Position numbers and translations under genes: made by a program
Assembly (NCBI GenBank): GCA_031416075.1
Contig: JANOSY010000088.1
Span: 1 to 64,000, forward strand
Direction: 5' to 3'
Source of the DNA: Candidatus Tenderia sp.
GTDB taxonomy: Bacteria > Pseudomonadota > Gammaproteobacteria > Tenderiales > Tenderiaceae
Length of the DNA: 64,000 nucleotides
The notes under the pieces: model-generated
The model's database searches: none
The model's input: the letters and a program-made list of their open reading frames with translations, nothing else
Told to the model about the DNA's origin: nothing
Part shown: in pieces, positions 21,044 to 32,317 of the stretch
Position numbering within the stretch: the stretch's first letter is position 1
Layout of the letters: every line of letters starts with the position of its first letter

Positions 21044-22333
21044 TTAACCGTCATTATTTGCAACACGACCTTGATGCTCATCTTGACTGTAAATCAACAA
21101 CGGCTGAGACTCGCCTTTAATCACACCTTCGTCAATCACAACCTTAGTAACGTTGTCCATAGAAGGCAGGTCATACATGGTATCAAGCAACGTGTTTTCG
21201 AGAATCGAGCGTAACCCACGAGCACCCGTTTTACGCTCCATGGCCTTACGAGCCACCGCGTAGAGCGCATCCTGACGAAACTCCACTTCGCATCCTTCCA
21301 TCTCAAAAAGTTTGGCATACTGTTTGGTAATGGCATTTTTTGGCTCAGTCAAAATCCGAATCAATGACTCCTCATTCAGCTCCTCCAGTGTCGCTGTCAC
21401 CGGCAAACGGCCAACAAACTCTGGGATCAAACCAAATTTCATCAAATCTTCAGGCTCTACTGAACGAAACAGCTCACCCACACTCTTTTTATCATCCTTG
21501 CCTTTTACTTCTGCCGAGAAGCCAATCCCCCCCTTTTCAGAACGATCACGAATAATACGTTCCAGTCCGGCAAAAGCGCCGCCACAAATAAACAGTATGT
21601 TAGAGGTATCCACTTGCAAAAACTCTTGTTGTGGATGTTTGCGCCCCCCTTGAGGTGGAACCGATGCTACAGTACCCTCAATCAACTTCAGCAGCGCCTG
21701 CTGCACACCTTCCCCAGAAACATCACGTGTAATGGATGGGTTATCTGACTTGCGTGAGATTTTATCAATTTCATCGATGTAAACGATCCCCGTCTGGGCC
21801 TTTTCAACATCGTAATCACATTTCTGCAACAGTTTCTGAATAATATTTTCCACATCTTCACCCACGTACCCCGCTTCTGTCAGCGTAGTCGCGTCAGCGA
21901 TAGTAAAAGGGACATCAAGCAGACGCGCAAGGGTTTCTGCTAGCAACGTCTTACCGCTACCCGTCGGGCCAATTAGAAGAATATTGCTTTTGGTTAGCTC
22001 AACATCGCCCTTTTTTTGCCCTGCCTCAAGTCGTTTATAGTGGTTGTAAACAGCAACAGCGAGCACTTTCTTAGCCGTCATCTGGCCAATCACATACTCA
22101 TCAAGGATGGCGTTAATTTCGTGAGGAACAGGTAGTTTACGGTTTTTACCAACCGCACTGCTCTCCTGTAACTCTTCACGAATAATGTCGTTACAGAGTT
22201 CAACACATTCATCACAGACAAACACTGACGGACCAGCAATCAGCTTTCTTACTTCATGCTGGCTTTTGCCGCAAAAGGAGCAATACAGCAGTTTCTTGCT
22301 GTCTTCACCACCACCGCTCTTTTCGTCACTCAT
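21044..22333 (-). CDS. clpX: ClpX ATPase
   Basis: CSFCGKSQ...CDEC zinc finger, [11 protein letters not shown] loop, RKH. Confidence 0.97.
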   Translation of the reverse strand: MSDEKSGGGEDSKKLLYCSFCGKSQHEVRKLIAGPSVFVCDECVELCNDIIREELQESSAVGKNRKLPVPHEINAILDEYVIGQMTAKKVLAVAVYNHYKRLEAGQKKGDVELTKSNILLIGPTGSGKTLLAETLARLLDVPFTIADATTLTEAGYVGEDVENIIQKLLQKCDYDVEKAQTGIVYIDEIDKISRKSDNPSITRDVSGEGVQQALLKLIEGTVASVPPQGGRKHPQQEFLQVDTSNILFICGGAFAGLERIIRDRSEKGGIGFSAEVKGKDDKKSVGELFRSVEPEDLMKFGLIPEFVGRLPVTATLEELNEESLIRILTEPKNAITKQYAKLFEMEGCEVEFRQDALYAVARKAMERKTGARGLRSILENTLLDTMYDLPSMDNVTKVVIDEGVIKGESQPLLIYSQDEHQGRVANNDG

Positions 22334-22400
22334 GTTTCCACCTCTATGTGTGAACCATCTCTTTAAAGATTGCCGACAAAACTCATCATGCCTTTAAATA

Positions 22401-23039
22401 TCAACCTCTGGACTCCAACACGGAGTCAATCAATCCATACTCCACAGCCTGCTGCCCACTCATGAAGTTATCACGATCAGTATCATTCTGGATTTTCTCC
22501 ATGGACTGTCCGGTATGTTTCGCCAGAATTGTATTCAAGCGGTCACGCACAGCCAAGATCTCTCTGGCATGAATATCAATGTCAGTCGCCTGTCCTTGGA
22601 ACCCACCCAACGGCTGATGAATCATCATACGTGAGTGTGGCAGACAATAGCGTTTTCCTGCGGCACCACCGGCCAACAACAGTGCGCCCATGCTGGCAGC
22701 CTGACCGATACACATGGTACTGACATGTGGTTTGATAAACTGCATGGTGTCGTAAATCGCCAGACCGGCAGTCACGGCACCGCCTGGGGAGTTAATATAG
22801 AGGTGAATATCCTTGTCAGGATTTTCGGATTCCAGAAACAGCAGCTGAGCAACCACTAGATTAGCCATGTAATCTTCCACAGGCCCCACCAGAAAGATAA
22901 CTCGCTCTTTCAGTAGCCGTGAATAGATATCATACGCGCGTTCACCACGGGCGGTCTGCTCAACCACCATCGGTACCAAGCCAGATGCGGTAATCAGTGA
23001 GGCACTACCGGCCACCATTTTATCGGTCATTTGCTGCAT
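22401..23039 (-). CDS. clpP: ClpP protease
   Basis: [40 protein letters not shown]; exact start uncertain (23039 or 23030). Confidence 0.96.
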   Translation of the reverse strand: MQQMTDKMVAGSASLITASGLVPMVVEQTARGERAYDIYSRLLKERVIFLVGPVEDYMANLVVAQLLFLESENPDKDIHLYINSPGGAVTAGLAIYDTMQFIKPHVSTMCIGQAASMGALLLAGGAAGKRYCLPHSRMMIHQPLGGFQGQATDIDIHAREILAVRDRLNTILAKHTGQSMEKIQNDTDRDNFMSGQQAVEYGLIDSVLESRG

Positions 23040-23140
23040 TCCCTTTACTCCGAAAGACCACATTTAAACCATCCAGCCTCGTACATCAGCGAAGATCTTC
23101 ATCCGTTTTCTCAGAAAATCGAGGTCGACTGGCTCCAAAT

Positions 23141-24439
23141 TTACCTAGCCTGCATCACTTCGTCAAAGCCAGCTGCTACATCTTCAACTTTAACTACAGA
23201 GGCAATCCAATCAATAACCTGATCCTCAAGCACCAGCGCCTCAACGCCCGCAAGACGGGAGCGATCTTCGTAATACCAAGCAACAACCGCAGCCGCATCA
23301 TCATAACTGGAGGCTAACGTCTCGATCCGCGCACGCACTTTGTCTGCATCGGCACGAAACGCCTTTTCCCTAATCACTTCGCCCATCAACAGACCTAAGG
23401 CCACACGGCGGCGCGCCTGTTCCATGTATGCGGTGCGTATTTCATCCGTAACAGGCTGATTCCCCTCGATTCCCATGCTCTGACGAGTCTGGCTGGCCAT
23501 CTGCTCAATCTCACTCTCAACCAACGCTGATGGCAGGTCGACCGGATTGGCAGCAAAGAGCTTATCAAGAACCTGACTTTTAACCTGGCTGGCTATTTTC
23601 TGCTCCAGTTCACGGCTCATGCTATCACGCACATCTGCACGCAATGCATCAACACCCCCTTCTGATACCCCGAGAGTTTTGAGGAAATCAGGGTCATTCA
23701 AATCAGGTAGTTTAGGACCGTTAACCTTTTGTACCGTCACATCAAAAGTCACGGGCTGGCCTGCCAATGCCTCATTCTGATACTGCTCGGGGAAGGTGAC
23801 ACTCACTTCGCGCTGCTCACCTGCGCTGACACCAATCAGCTGCTCCTCAAAGCCTGGAATAAACCGCTTGGAGCCGAGGATCAGTGGATAACCTTGTGCC
23901 TCGCCCCCCGCAAACGGCTCACCATTCAGTTTGCCCAGAAAATCAATCACAACTTGGTCACCCTCTGCGGCAGCGCGCTGCACCTCTTCCCAGTTGGCAC
24001 GCTGCTTACGCAGCTTCTCAACCATTTCATCAATCTCTTTTTCACCCACTGCAACCGCCGGCTTTTGAATAACCATATCCGCTGGTACCACCACCTTCAC
24101 CTCAGGGTAGACCTCAAATGTGGCAGTAAATGCAAATACATCTTCACTGGCGGCAGCCAGTTCAATCTTTGGTGTGCCCGCAGGACGCAAATTCTCTTTT
24201 TGAACCGCCTGATAAAAGCTGTTCTGAACCATGTCCGCCTGAACTTCTTGCCGCACCTGTGCGCCATAGCGCTTCACCACAACAGTCAGCGGCACCTTGC
24301 CGGGGCGAAAACCGTCCAGGCGGACCCGCCCAGCCATGCTTTTAAGGCGCTGCTGCACCTCTTGTTCAACTCCGCCAGCGGGAAGTTCCACTGTCATGCG
24401 GCGCTCTAAACCTTCAGTCGATGTTACAGATATTTGCAT
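23141..24439 (-). CDS. tig: Trigger factor
   Basis: GFRPGKVP ribosome-binding motif, FKBP region FIPGFEEQL; GAGG RBS before ATG 24439. Confidence 0.95.
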   Translation of the reverse strand: MQISVTSTEGLERRMTVELPAGGVEQEVQQRLKSMAGRVRLDGFRPGKVPLTVVVKRYGAQVRQEVQADMVQNSFYQAVQKENLRPAGTPKIELAAASEDVFAFTATFEVYPEVKVVVPADMVIQKPAVAVGEKEIDEMVEKLRKQRANWEEVQRAAAEGDQVVIDFLGKLNGEPFAGGEAQGYPLILGSKRFIPGFEEQLIGVSAGEQREVSVTFPEQYQNEALAGQPVTFDVTVQKVNGPKLPDLNDPDFLKTLGVSEGGVDALRADVRDSMSRELEQKIASQVKSQVLDKLFAANPVDLPSALVESEIEQMASQTRQSMGIEGNQPVTDEIRTAYMEQARRRVALGLLMGEVIREKAFRADADKVRARIETLASSYDDAAAVVAWYYEDRSRLAGVEALVLEDQVIDWIASVVKVEDVAAGFDEVMQAR

Positions 24440-24568
24440 GTTAACTTCCTCAGTGACGCCAAGGCGGCGAATCAACGGAACACAACACCCGTAGAGGGGA
24501 AGTGGTAACCGTACAGGGGTTTTTCAATGCTGGCGCCCCAGCTATTATGAACAGAAATTTATATTTTA

Positions 24569-24653
24569 TGGTGCGAAAGGAGAGACTCGAACTCTCACAG
24601 GTTGCCCCGCTGGAACCTAAATCCAGTGCGTCTACCAATTCCGCCACTTTCGC
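24569..24653 (-). tRNA. tRNA-Leu(TAG)
   Basis: GCGAAAG acceptor, TTTAGGT loop, long variable arm, CCA. Confidence 0.95.
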
Positions 24654-24811
24654 AAAGTCAAAACATTAAGCAGGAAATGCGGCTATTATACAGCGACTTG
24701 CCCGCATCAGTAACCCCATGAAGTTACTTTTAATACAATCATTCTAAAAATATTTATGATTTAAAGCGGAAGTACTGGGGTAAGACCCAAAAACAGAGGA
24801 TGAACATAAAA

Positions 24812-24887
24812 TGGTGGGCCGTGAAGGACTTGAACCTTCGACCAAGTGATTAAGAGTCACCTGCTCTACCAACTGAGCTAACGGCCC
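24812..24887 (-). tRNA. tRNA-Lys(CTT)
   Basis: GGGCCGT acceptor, CTCTTAA loop, GGTTCAAGTCC, CCA. Confidence 0.93.
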
Positions 24888-24902
24888 TAAAGCTTAGGAA
24901 TA

Positions 24903-24979
24903 TGGGGTGAACGATGGGGCTCGAACCCACGACAACCGGAATCACAATCCGGGACTCTACCAACTGAGCTACGCTCACC
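24903..24979 (-). tRNA. tRNA-His(GTG)
   Basis: G(-1)GTGAGCG, TTGTGAT loop, CCCCA end. Confidence 0.95.
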
Positions 24980-25017
24980 ATAACGCAATAACTTACACTG
25001 TTTGGACGCTAGTGATA

Positions 25018-25094
25018 TGGTGCGCCCGGCAGGACTCGAACCTGCTACCCTCGGCTTAGAAGGCCGATGCTCTATCCAGATGAGCTACGGGCGC
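25018..25094 (-). tRNA. tRNA-Arg(TCT)
   Basis: GCGCCCG acceptor, CTTCTAA loop, CCA. Confidence 0.95.
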
Positions 25095-25156
25095 ATGGAT
25101 CACGACTCTACCACTGCATTCAACTAGGCCATTCATTCACAGTAGAAGCTGAAAAA

Positions 25157-25233
25157 TGGTCGGGGTAGGGGGATTCGAACTCCCGACATCCTGCTCCCAA
25201 AGCAGGCGCGCTACCAGGCTGCGCTATACCCCG
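25157..25233 (-). tRNA. tRNA-Pro(TGG)
   Basis: CGGGGTA acceptor, TTTGGGA loop, CCA. Confidence 0.95.
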
Positions 25234-25281
25234 ATGTTTACAATCCCGCCGTGCATGACTGCTAGCGGCTAGGAGGACGGC

Positions 25282-25310
25282 ATATTACTCGTTGATTTTA
25301 CTGTCGTCAA
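25282..25310 (-). promoter_or_regulatory. Sigma70 promoter of tRNA Pro-Arg-His-Lys cluster
   Basis: TTGACG-17 bp-TAATAT followed by a GC-rich discriminator (GCCGTCC). Confidence 0.7.
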
Positions 25311-25320
25311 TGCCCTGTTT

Positions 25321-26454
25321 TTAAATTGATGGTTTAAGAAAGCGCCAGACCAGTATCCAGGCTAAAAAACTTGTGGCTGCCGCTAGGCTATAGGTGGCCG
25401 TAGAGCCAACACCTTCCCATAGATAACCGCTGGCCAGACTACCCGCCGCACCTCCCGCGCCGAAACTGATGCTGCTATAGAGTGCTTGGCCACGCCCCTG
25501 GTGCTGGCCGGTAAAAAAACGGTGGATCAAGTGGATGATAACCGCATGATAGATGCCAAAACTCGCGGCGTGCAGCAACTGGGCGAATAACACCACCGCC
25601 AACCACTCAACACCCCACGCCACCAGTAGCCAACGCGCTGTTGTAAGTACAAGACTGACCATCAGCAACAGGCGGGCACCGTAACGCGGCAGCAGTTTGT
25701 GCATCACCAGGAAGACGCCAATTTCAGCCACAACACCCAACGCCCAGAGCTGGCCTATCAAGCCACGACCATAACCGTGCTCTTCAAGGTAGATGGTATA
25801 GAAGGTGTAGTACGGACCGTGGCTTGCTTGGGACAGAAAACAGACCACCAGGATCGCCAGCACTTCAGGTCTCAATAATACTGCAGTGATCGACTGATGG
25901 CTGCGCGCGGGCACACGCACCGGCTCTCTTGGCACCCATAACGTGGCAATCCAGGCGCCCAACAACATTATTAAGATGGCCTTGGGGATGATGTCAGGGC
26001 GATGGGTTTCGAGTAGTGCACCTACGCCTGCCACCGAGAAGATAAACCCCACCGACCCCCACAGCCGGATAGAACCGTAACGGTGGCTCTCCTCCCCCAG
26101 CAGGCTCATGGTGGTAGCCTCAAACTGAGGCAGCGCCGCATTCCAAAAGAAGCTGAATAGCGCCATAACCATCACCATCCACCAGTATCCCTGACCTAGG
26201 AAGACACCACCAAAGGTGATCAATGCCATGAGCACCCCTAAGCGCACAATCAGCACCTTTTGGCCCGAGCGGTCTGCAACCCAGCCCCAGATATTGGGGG
26301 CGATGATTTTGGTGGCCATGATGACCGCCATCAGCTCGCCGATATCAGAGGCACCAAACCCTAGCGACTTAAGGTACAGCGACCAATACGGGACCAACAC
26401 CCCCACAGAGGCAAAAAAGAAGAGATAGAAGTTGGAGAGCCGCCAATAGGGCAT
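25321..26454 (-). CDS. MFS transporter (HcaT/MFS_1-like)
   Basis: About 12 hydrophobic segments; WGWVADRSG, YGSIRLWGSVGF, QLLHAASFG. Confidence 0.85.
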   Translation of the reverse strand: MPYWRLSNFYLFFFASVGVLVPYWSLYLKSLGFGASDIGELMAVIMATKIIAPNIWGWVADRSGQKVLIVRLGVLMALITFGGVFLGQGYWWMVMVMALFSFFWNAALPQFEATTMSLLGEESHRYGSIRLWGSVGFIFSVAGVGALLETHRPDIIPKAILIMLLGAWIATLWVPREPVRVPARSHQSITAVLLRPEVLAILVVCFLSQASHGPYYTFYTIYLEEHGYGRGLIGQLWALGVVAEIGVFLVMHKLLPRYGARLLLMVSLVLTTARWLLVAWGVEWLAVVLFAQLLHAASFGIYHAVIIHLIHRFFTGQHQGRGQALYSSISFGAGGAAGSLASGYLWEGVGSTATYSLAAATSFLAWILVWRFLKPSI

Positions 26455-26516
26455 TAGCGCCTCACAGATAGCGTGGTATAGATCGAACAGCCCAGCGGCT
26501 GTTCACGAGGACACCC

Positions 26517-27614
26517 TCAAGGGTGTGCAGGGATAATGGGGGTTGCGGAGAGCACATCCATATTCTGAGCGCGATGTCGCAGCAGATGGTCCATCAGCAC
26601 CAGCGCCAGCATCGCCTCAGCGATCGGTGTCGCCCGAATGCCCACGCAGGGGTCATGACGCCCCTCAGTACTCACCTCGACCGCCTCGCCCTTTACGTTC
26701 ACACTCCGCCCCGACAACCGCATGCTAGAGGTTGGCTTGAGCGCGATGCTCACCACAATGTCCTGGCCGCTGGAGATCCCCCCCAAAACCCCGCCGGCAT
26801 TGTTGCTCAGAAAACCTTCCGGGGTGATCTCATCCCGATGTTCGGTCCCCTTCTGCTCGATACAGCCAAACCCCGCGCCGATCTCCACCCCCTTGACTGC
26901 ATTGATGCTCATCATGGCGTGGGCAATTTCCGCATCCAGGCGGTCAAAGATCGGCTCCCCCAGCCCTGGGATCATGCCGGTGGCGACCACATTGATCCGC
27001 GCACCGATGGAGTTACCCTCTTTACGCAGCGCATCCATATACCGTTCCATCTCTGCCACCTTGTTGACATCCGGAGAGAAGAAGGGGTTTTTCTCCACCT
27101 CATTCCAGTCGAAGGTTTCTGTTTTAATCGGTCCGAGCTGGGCCAGATAACCACGCACCTCAATACCATGGCGCTGTTGCAGAAATTTTTTGGCAATCGC
27201 CCCGGCAGCCACCCGCATCGCCGTCTCACGCGCCGAGGAGCGGCCACCACCGCGATAGTCACGCATCCCGTACTTCTGCTGATAGGTGTAATCGGCATGT
27301 CCAGGGCGGAAGCTGTCCATGATGTTGCTGTAGTCCTTGGAGCGCTGATCGGTATTTTCGATCATCAACCCAATGGGGGTACCGGTTGTTTTACCCTCGA
27401 ACACCCCGGAAAGAATTTTCACCAAATCACCTTCACGGCGCTGAGTGGTATGGCGCGACGTGCCCGGTTTGCGCCGGTCAAGATCGTGCTGCAGATCCGC
27501 TTCGCTCAGCGCCAGTCCCGGCGGACAACCATCCACTATCGCCCCCAGGGCGGGGCCGTGGCTCTCACCAAAGGTGGTGACTGTAAAGAGTTTTCCGTAG
27601 CTATTGCCTGACAT
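26517..27614 (-). CDS. aroC: Chorismate synthase
   Basis: [30 protein letters not shown]. Confidence 0.97.
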   Translation of the reverse strand: MSGNSYGKLFTVTTFGESHGPALGAIVDGCPPGLALSEADLQHDLDRRKPGTSRHTTQRREGDLVKILSGVFEGKTTGTPIGLMIENTDQRSKDYSNIMDSFRPGHADYTYQQKYGMRDYRGGGRSSARETAMRVAAGAIAKKFLQQRHGIEVRGYLAQLGPIKTETFDWNEVEKNPFFSPDVNKVAEMERYMDALRKEGNSIGARINVVATGMIPGLGEPIFDRLDAEIAHAMMSINAVKGVEIGAGFGCIEQKGTEHRDEITPEGFLSNNAGGVLGGISSGQDIVVSIALKPTSSMRLSGRSVNVKGEAVEVSTEGRHDPCVGIRATPIAEAMLALVLMDHLLRHRAQNMDVLSATPIIPAHP

Positions 27615-27653
27615 GGTGGGTATACCCTAACAATTTGGTGGATAAAGCAGTGG

Positions 27654-29036
27654 TTAAATAACCTTGGAAAACCGTTGTGTCTGGTCCTGCCGCAGATATT
27701 TATCAAATACCATACAGAGATTACGAATCAGAAAGCGGCCCGCGGGCTGGACCCGAATAGCAGTCTCATCAAAACTGATCAGGCCATCCTCAGCCAGCTG
27801 CTCAAGCGCGCCCCGCTCAACTGCAAAATAGTCATCAAAATTAATGCTGTACTTAGTCGCAACCGCCTGTTTATCCAGTTTGAAGTTACACATTAGCTCA
27901 GTGATGATGTCGCGACGCAGCCGGTCATCCACATCCAGCTCAACACCACGAAACAGCGGCAGGTGGTCGGCATCAATGGCGGCGCAATACTCATCCATCG
28001 TCCGTCTGTTTTGCGAATAGCTGCTGCCCACCTTACCAATGGAGGTCACGCCCAGACCAATCAGGTCACAATCAGCATGGGTGGAGTAACCCTGAAAGTT
28101 GCGGTAGAGCTGCCCTTGACGCTGCGCCTCTGCCAACTCATCCCTCGGCTTGGCAAAGTGATCCATACCAATATATACATACCCGGCCTGCTGCAGACGT
28201 TCATTGGTCATCTGCAGGATCTCGAGTTTCTGCTGTGACGACGGCAGCTGATCCTCTTTGATCCGGCGCTGTGGCGGGAACATCTCGGGCAGGTGGGCGT
28301 AATTAAAGACCGAGAGGCGGTCAGGGTCGACCGCCAAGATACGATCAAGGGTTTTACTAAAGCTCCCGACTGTCTGGAACGGCAGGCCGTAGATCAGATC
28401 GATACTGGTCGACTTGAACCCCGCCTGACGCGCCTGATCCAGCACCGCCATGGTCTCGGCCTCACTCTGAATCCGGTTAACCGCTTTTTGCACCTGCGGA
28501 TCAAAATCCTGTACCCCCAGACTCATGCGATTAAAACCGAGCTCACGCAGCAGCTTGATACTGTCAGAGGTCACCTCACGTGGGTCGATCTCGATGGAGT
28601 ATTCGCCGCTGTCGTCATCGCGCAGATTGAAATATTTGCGGGTCTGCGCCATCAGCTCGCGCATCTGCTCCGGGCTGATAAAGGTCGGGGTGCCGCCGCC
28701 CCAGTGCAGCTGGTCCACCATGCGCGAGCTGTCGAACAGTTCGGACTGCATCGCCAGCTCTTTATATACACGGTCAAGGTAAGGCTGCGCCTTGCTGCGA
28801 TCTTTGGTCGCAATCTTGCTGCAGGCACAATAGAAACAGACCGTATCGCAAAAGGGGATGTGAAAATAGAGTGAGAGTGGCTGTCCAGCGTCATTGGTAG
28901 CCCCGGCAATGCGGCGATACTCAGACTCGCCAAACCCCTCATGGAACTGCACCGCCGTTGGATAGGAGGTGTAGCGCGGACCAGACTTGTCATAGCGGTT
29001 GATCAATTCAAGATCAAAAACAAGGGATTGGTCCAC
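27654..29036 (-). CDS. hemN: Oxygen-independent coproporphyrinogen III oxidase
   Basis: GPRYTSYPTA, CxxxCxxC (CDTVCFYC), HWGGGTP, RNFQGY, RFSKVI. Confidence 0.96.
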   Translation of the reverse strand: MDQSLVFDLELINRYDKSGPRYTSYPTAVQFHEGFGESEYRRIAGATNDAGQPLSLYFHIPFCDTVCFYCACSKIATKDRSKAQPYLDRVYKELAMQSELFDSSRMVDQLHWGGGTPTFISPEQMRELMAQTRKYFNLRDDDSGEYSIEIDPREVTSDSIKLLRELGFNRMSLGVQDFDPQVQKAVNRIQSEAETMAVLDQARQAGFKSTSIDLIYGLPFQTVGSFSKTLDRILAVDPDRLSVFNYAHLPEMFPPQRRIKEDQLPSSQQKLEILQMTNERLQQAGYVYIGMDHFAKPRDELAEAQRQGQLYRNFQGYSTHADCDLIGLGVTSIGKVGSSYSQNRRTMDEYCAAIDADHLPLFRGVELDVDDRLRRDIITELMCNFKLDKQAVATKYSINFDDYFAVERGALEQLAEDGLISFDETAIRVQPAGRFLIRNLCMVFDKYLRQDQTQRFSKVI

Positions 29037-29098
29037 GGCACACTCCAGTCAATACAGATGTCGGGACATTATAGGGGCATAGGGCGATGATTAAAACG

Positions 29099-30028
29099 TT
29101 ATAACGCCGCCCGGAAGCGCATTTGATACTCGATCAGGGTTGCCGCACTCAGCATAAAGACCCCCTGGCCGCCACGTTCAAACTCCAGCCAGACAAACGG
29201 CACCTCAGAAAAACGCTCCACCAGTGCCGCCTCACTGTTGCCCACCTCTACTATCAATACCCCGTTTTCTGTCAGAAAATCGGGGGCCTGAGCTAACATT
29301 CGCAAAACAATCTCCAGGCCATCGTCACCGGCGGCAAGCCCCAGCGTCGGCTCACAACGGAACTCATCAGCCATGGCCGCCAAATCTTCGGCATCAACAT
29401 AAGGGGGGTTTGAAACAATCAGGTCGTAACGTCGCCCGGCCAGACCATCAAACAGGTTCGACTCAATCAACTCGACCTGCTCGCTGGCATCGTGGCGCTC
29501 AACGTTGATCTGGGCCACTGCCAGCGCGTCGGCGGAGATATCGGCCGCATCCACCGTCGCCCATGGAAAGGCCATGGCGCAGGCGATGGCAATACAACCA
29601 CTACCCGTACAGAGGTCAAGCACTGCCGCCACCTGATCTGCCTCTACCCAGGGGGAAAACTGCCGCTCAATCAGCTCAGCAATAGGCGAGCGTGGTACCA
29701 ATACCCGCTCATCCACATAAAACGGCAATTCGGCAAACCAGGCCTCGTGGGTCAGGTAGGGGGCGGGCAGGCGTTCATCGATACGGCGGCGCAGCAGTGC
29801 CACCACCGCATGTTTTTCACTGTCTGTCAGGCGACCACGCAACAGCTCCACCGGCACCCCGGGTTTAAGATACAGGGCATGCAACACCAGGTAGAGCGCC
29901 TCATCCACCGCATTATCGGTACCGTGACCAAAAAAGAGTCCTGCTTCGTTAAAGCAGCTAGCACCCCAGCGAGCAAAATCGACCACCGTCTGCAGCTGCA
30001 TGCAGCCCACTTCACTTTTGTTACTCAC
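29099..30028 (-). CDS. prmB: Ribosomal protein L3 N5-glutamine methyltransferase
   Basis: [46 protein letters not shown]; start uncertain (GTG 30028 or ATG 30001). Confidence 0.93.
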   Translation of the reverse strand: MSNKSEVGCMQLQTVVDFARWGASCFNEAGLFFGHGTDNAVDEALYLVLHALYLKPGVPVELLRGRLTDSEKHAVVALLRRRIDERLPAPYLTHEAWFAELPFYVDERVLVPRSPIAELIERQFSPWVEADQVAAVLDLCTGSGCIAIACAMAFPWATVDAADISADALAVAQINVERHDASEQVELIESNLFDGLAGRRYDLIVSNPPYVDAEDLAAMADEFRCEPTLGLAAGDDGLEIVLRMLAQAPDFLTENGVLIVEVGNSEAALVERFSEVPFVWLEFERGGQGVFMLSAATLIEYQMRFRAAL

Positions 30029-30047
30029 GGTACACCTCTTGAAAAAA

Positions 30048-30746
30048 TCAGTCTGGCAGATAGGCAGAGAAGAGTGGTCGCAGCTCCTTGAGCAGGCCAT
30101 CCAGCCGCAAGGGGAACATTCCGGAGAGCATCCCCCACTCCATCATGCACTGGGCTAACAACTCACCTTCGCCGGAAGCCTTCAGGCGCGACACCAGTGC
30201 GGTATTGACGATCTCCAGATTCTGGTAAATCTCAACCACCCCCTCAAGATCAAACCGCGCCTCCTGGCCACTCTCCTGGCGGAAGGTCTGTGCCAGCAGG
30301 TACGAAGAGGCGGCACGATACATGGTTTCAGCCTCACTTGCCAACGGCATGTGAAAACGGGCCAGCGGGCGGAAAAAAGCGGCATGTGGGCAGTCGCTGG
30401 TGGCCAGTAACAGGCCAATAAAAGAGCCTATCGCCTTCTGCACGGTGGTGGAGAGTGCCACCACTCGCCCTGACATCAACACCTTCAGTGTCACCGAGTC
30501 CAGCATGTCCAGATCACGACTCTGTTCCGCCAGCTTTGCCAGATTCAGCGCTGCCGGGCAGTAGGGGGATTTGTCACTGCTCAATGGACAGTTTTTACAC
30601 TGATGGTTTTGCAGCGCCGCCCACTGCGGCGGTTTGCTCGGCACCCAACCCACGGGTACCAGAGAGTCCGCACGAAGATGGAGCTCGAACTGCCGCTCGG
30701 CACCATCTGCAAACGTGAGTCGATAGTTGATTTTATTAATCTTCAC
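30048..30746 (-). CDS. Cys-motif hypothetical protein (DUF6901-like)
   Basis: WA.L..HQC.NCPL.....CP.A, ATS.CP...[10 protein letters not shown]...ET.YR; family recognised from memory. Confidence 0.6.
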   Translation of the reverse strand: MKINKINYRLTFADGAERQFELHLRADSLVPVGWVPSKPPQWAALQNHQCKNCPLSSDKSPYCPAALNLAKLAEQSRDLDMLDSVTLKVLMSGRVVALSTTVQKAIGSFIGLLLATSDCPHAAFFRPLARFHMPLASEAETMYRAASSYLLAQTFRQESGQEARFDLEGVVEIYQNLEIVNTALVSRLKASGEGELLAQCMMEWGMLSGMFPLRLDGLLKELRPLFSAYLPD

Positions 30747-30780
30747 GGCAATACCACACTCCAGCCCAGGGTTACCCGCA

Positions 30781-31890
30781 CTATTTCAACAACGTCACTG
30801 CTTCAACATAGGGATAGCCCAGATTCTCGGCCACCGCCCGGTTTGTCACCTGGCCACGGTAGAGATTAAGGCCGCTCCGCAAACCACTATTATTCACCAG
30901 CGCCCGCTCCCCTTCCGCCGCCAGCTGCATGGCATAAGGCAGGGTGGCGTTGGTCAGAGCCAGGGTCGCAGTACGGGCGCAGGCACCGGGCATATTGGTG
31001 ACGCAGTAGTGAACCACCCCTTCGTCGATATACATAGGCGCAGAGTGGCTGGTTGGACGCGAGGTTTCGATACAGCCTCCCTGGTCAATCGCAACATCCA
31101 CAATCACCGCCCCCTGCTGCATCTTTTTCACCAGCGCCCGCGATACCAGCTTGGGGGCAGCATGGCCGGGGATCAACACCGCACCGATCAACAAATCGGC
31201 CTGTGGCAACAGCTCTTCCAGCGCATAAGATTCCGAGTAGCGGGTTTTAAGCGCCGGGCCAAACAGGTCATCGAGCTGCCGCAACCGCTGCAAGCTGCGG
31301 TCAAGCACCGTCACATCGGCCCCCAGCCCCAGCGCCATTTTGGCCGCCTCGGTGCCCACCACACCGCCACCAATGATCACCACTTTGCCCCGCGCCACGC
31401 CCGGCACACCGCCGAGCAACACCCCCCGTCCGCCATTGATCATCTGCAGACCGGCGGCACCTGCCTGAATGGCGATACGCCCCGCCACCTCACTCATCGG
31501 AATCAACAGGGGTAACTGGCCGTTGGCATCGGTGACCGTTTCATAGGCAATGGCCACCACTTTGCGCTCAAGCAGATGGCGAGTCTGTTCAGGATCCGGG
31601 GCAAGGTGCAGGTAGGTGAAGAGCAGCTGCCCTTCGTGCAGCATGGCAAACTCACTGGCTTGTGGCTCTTTAACCTTCACCACCATGGGGCAGCTGTAAA
31701 CCTCTGCCGCTGTGGCAACAATCGTCGCCCCCGCATGGCGGTAATGGTCATCCACAAAGCTGATCACCTGACCAGCACCGCTCTGTACCCACAGCTCATG
31801 GCCAGCGGCCACCAGTGCCTTAACCCCAGCGGGTGTCACCCCCACACGAAACTCGTGATCTTTTATCTCTTTTGGGACACCTATTTTCAT
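30781..31890 (-). CDS. ald: Alanine dehydrogenase
   Basis: MKIGVPKEIK..E.RV, FTYLHLA, PMSEVAGR, GGGVVG, DVAIDQGG, YCVTNMPG. Confidence 0.96.
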   Translation of the reverse strand: MKIGVPKEIKDHEFRVGVTPAGVKALVAAGHELWVQSGAGQVISFVDDHYRHAGATIVATAAEVYSCPMVVKVKEPQASEFAMLHEGQLLFTYLHLAPDPEQTRHLLERKVVAIAYETVTDANGQLPLLIPMSEVAGRIAIQAGAAGLQMINGGRGVLLGGVPGVARGKVVIIGGGVVGTEAAKMALGLGADVTVLDRSLQRLRQLDDLFGPALKTRYSESYALEELLPQADLLIGAVLIPGHAAPKLVSRALVKKMQQGAVIVDVAIDQGGCIETSRPTSHSAPMYIDEGVVHYCVTNMPGACARTATLALTNATLPYAMQLAAEGERALVNNSGLRSGLNLYRGQVTNRAVAENLGYPYVEAVTLLK

Positions 31891-32297
31891 TGGCCGACTT
31901 TGGCGCTCCAGGCACGCAGCACCGATTGCGCCAGCGTCATTGGATCAAAGGGCTTGGCAATCACTTCAATGGCACCCAGGGATTTAAAGTGCGCCACCTC
32001 TTGTGGCTGCACCTTGGCGGTCATAAAGATCACCGGCACCTGTGCCAATTCGGGGAGTTTACGCAGTTCTGTCAGCGTGGTTGGGCCATCCATGCCGGGC
32101 ATCATCACATCCAAAAGCAGCAACTGCGGGGCAAAGGCCACCGCATTGGCCACCGCCTCTGCGCCCGCACTAAAGACTGCCAGCTCAAATCCACCCACCG
32201 CCTCCAAAGCAATCTTGGCGATTGCCTGAATATCCGGTTCATCCTCTACATACAAAATCCGTTTCAGTTCAGATTGACTCAATTGTAACCCCTCCAT
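31887..32297 (-). CDS. Single-domain response regulator
   Basis: ILYVEDE, LLDVMMPGMDG, FMTA, AKPF. Confidence 0.9.
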   Translation of the reverse strand: MEGLQLSQSELKRILYVEDEPDIQAIAKIALEAVGGFELAVFSAGAEAVANAVAFAPQLLLLDVMMPGMDGPTTLTELRKLPELAQVPVIFMTAKVQPQEVAHFKSLGAIEVIAKPFDPMTLAQSVLRAWSAKVGQ

Positions 32298-32317
32298 GAA
32301 TGGCTGTTATTTTAAGC

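Noticed and set aside
24569-25233. tRNA cluster as an integration site for a mobile element
   Set aside because: No integrase and no duplicated tRNA 3' end seen; flanks are core genes (tig, MFS-aroC).
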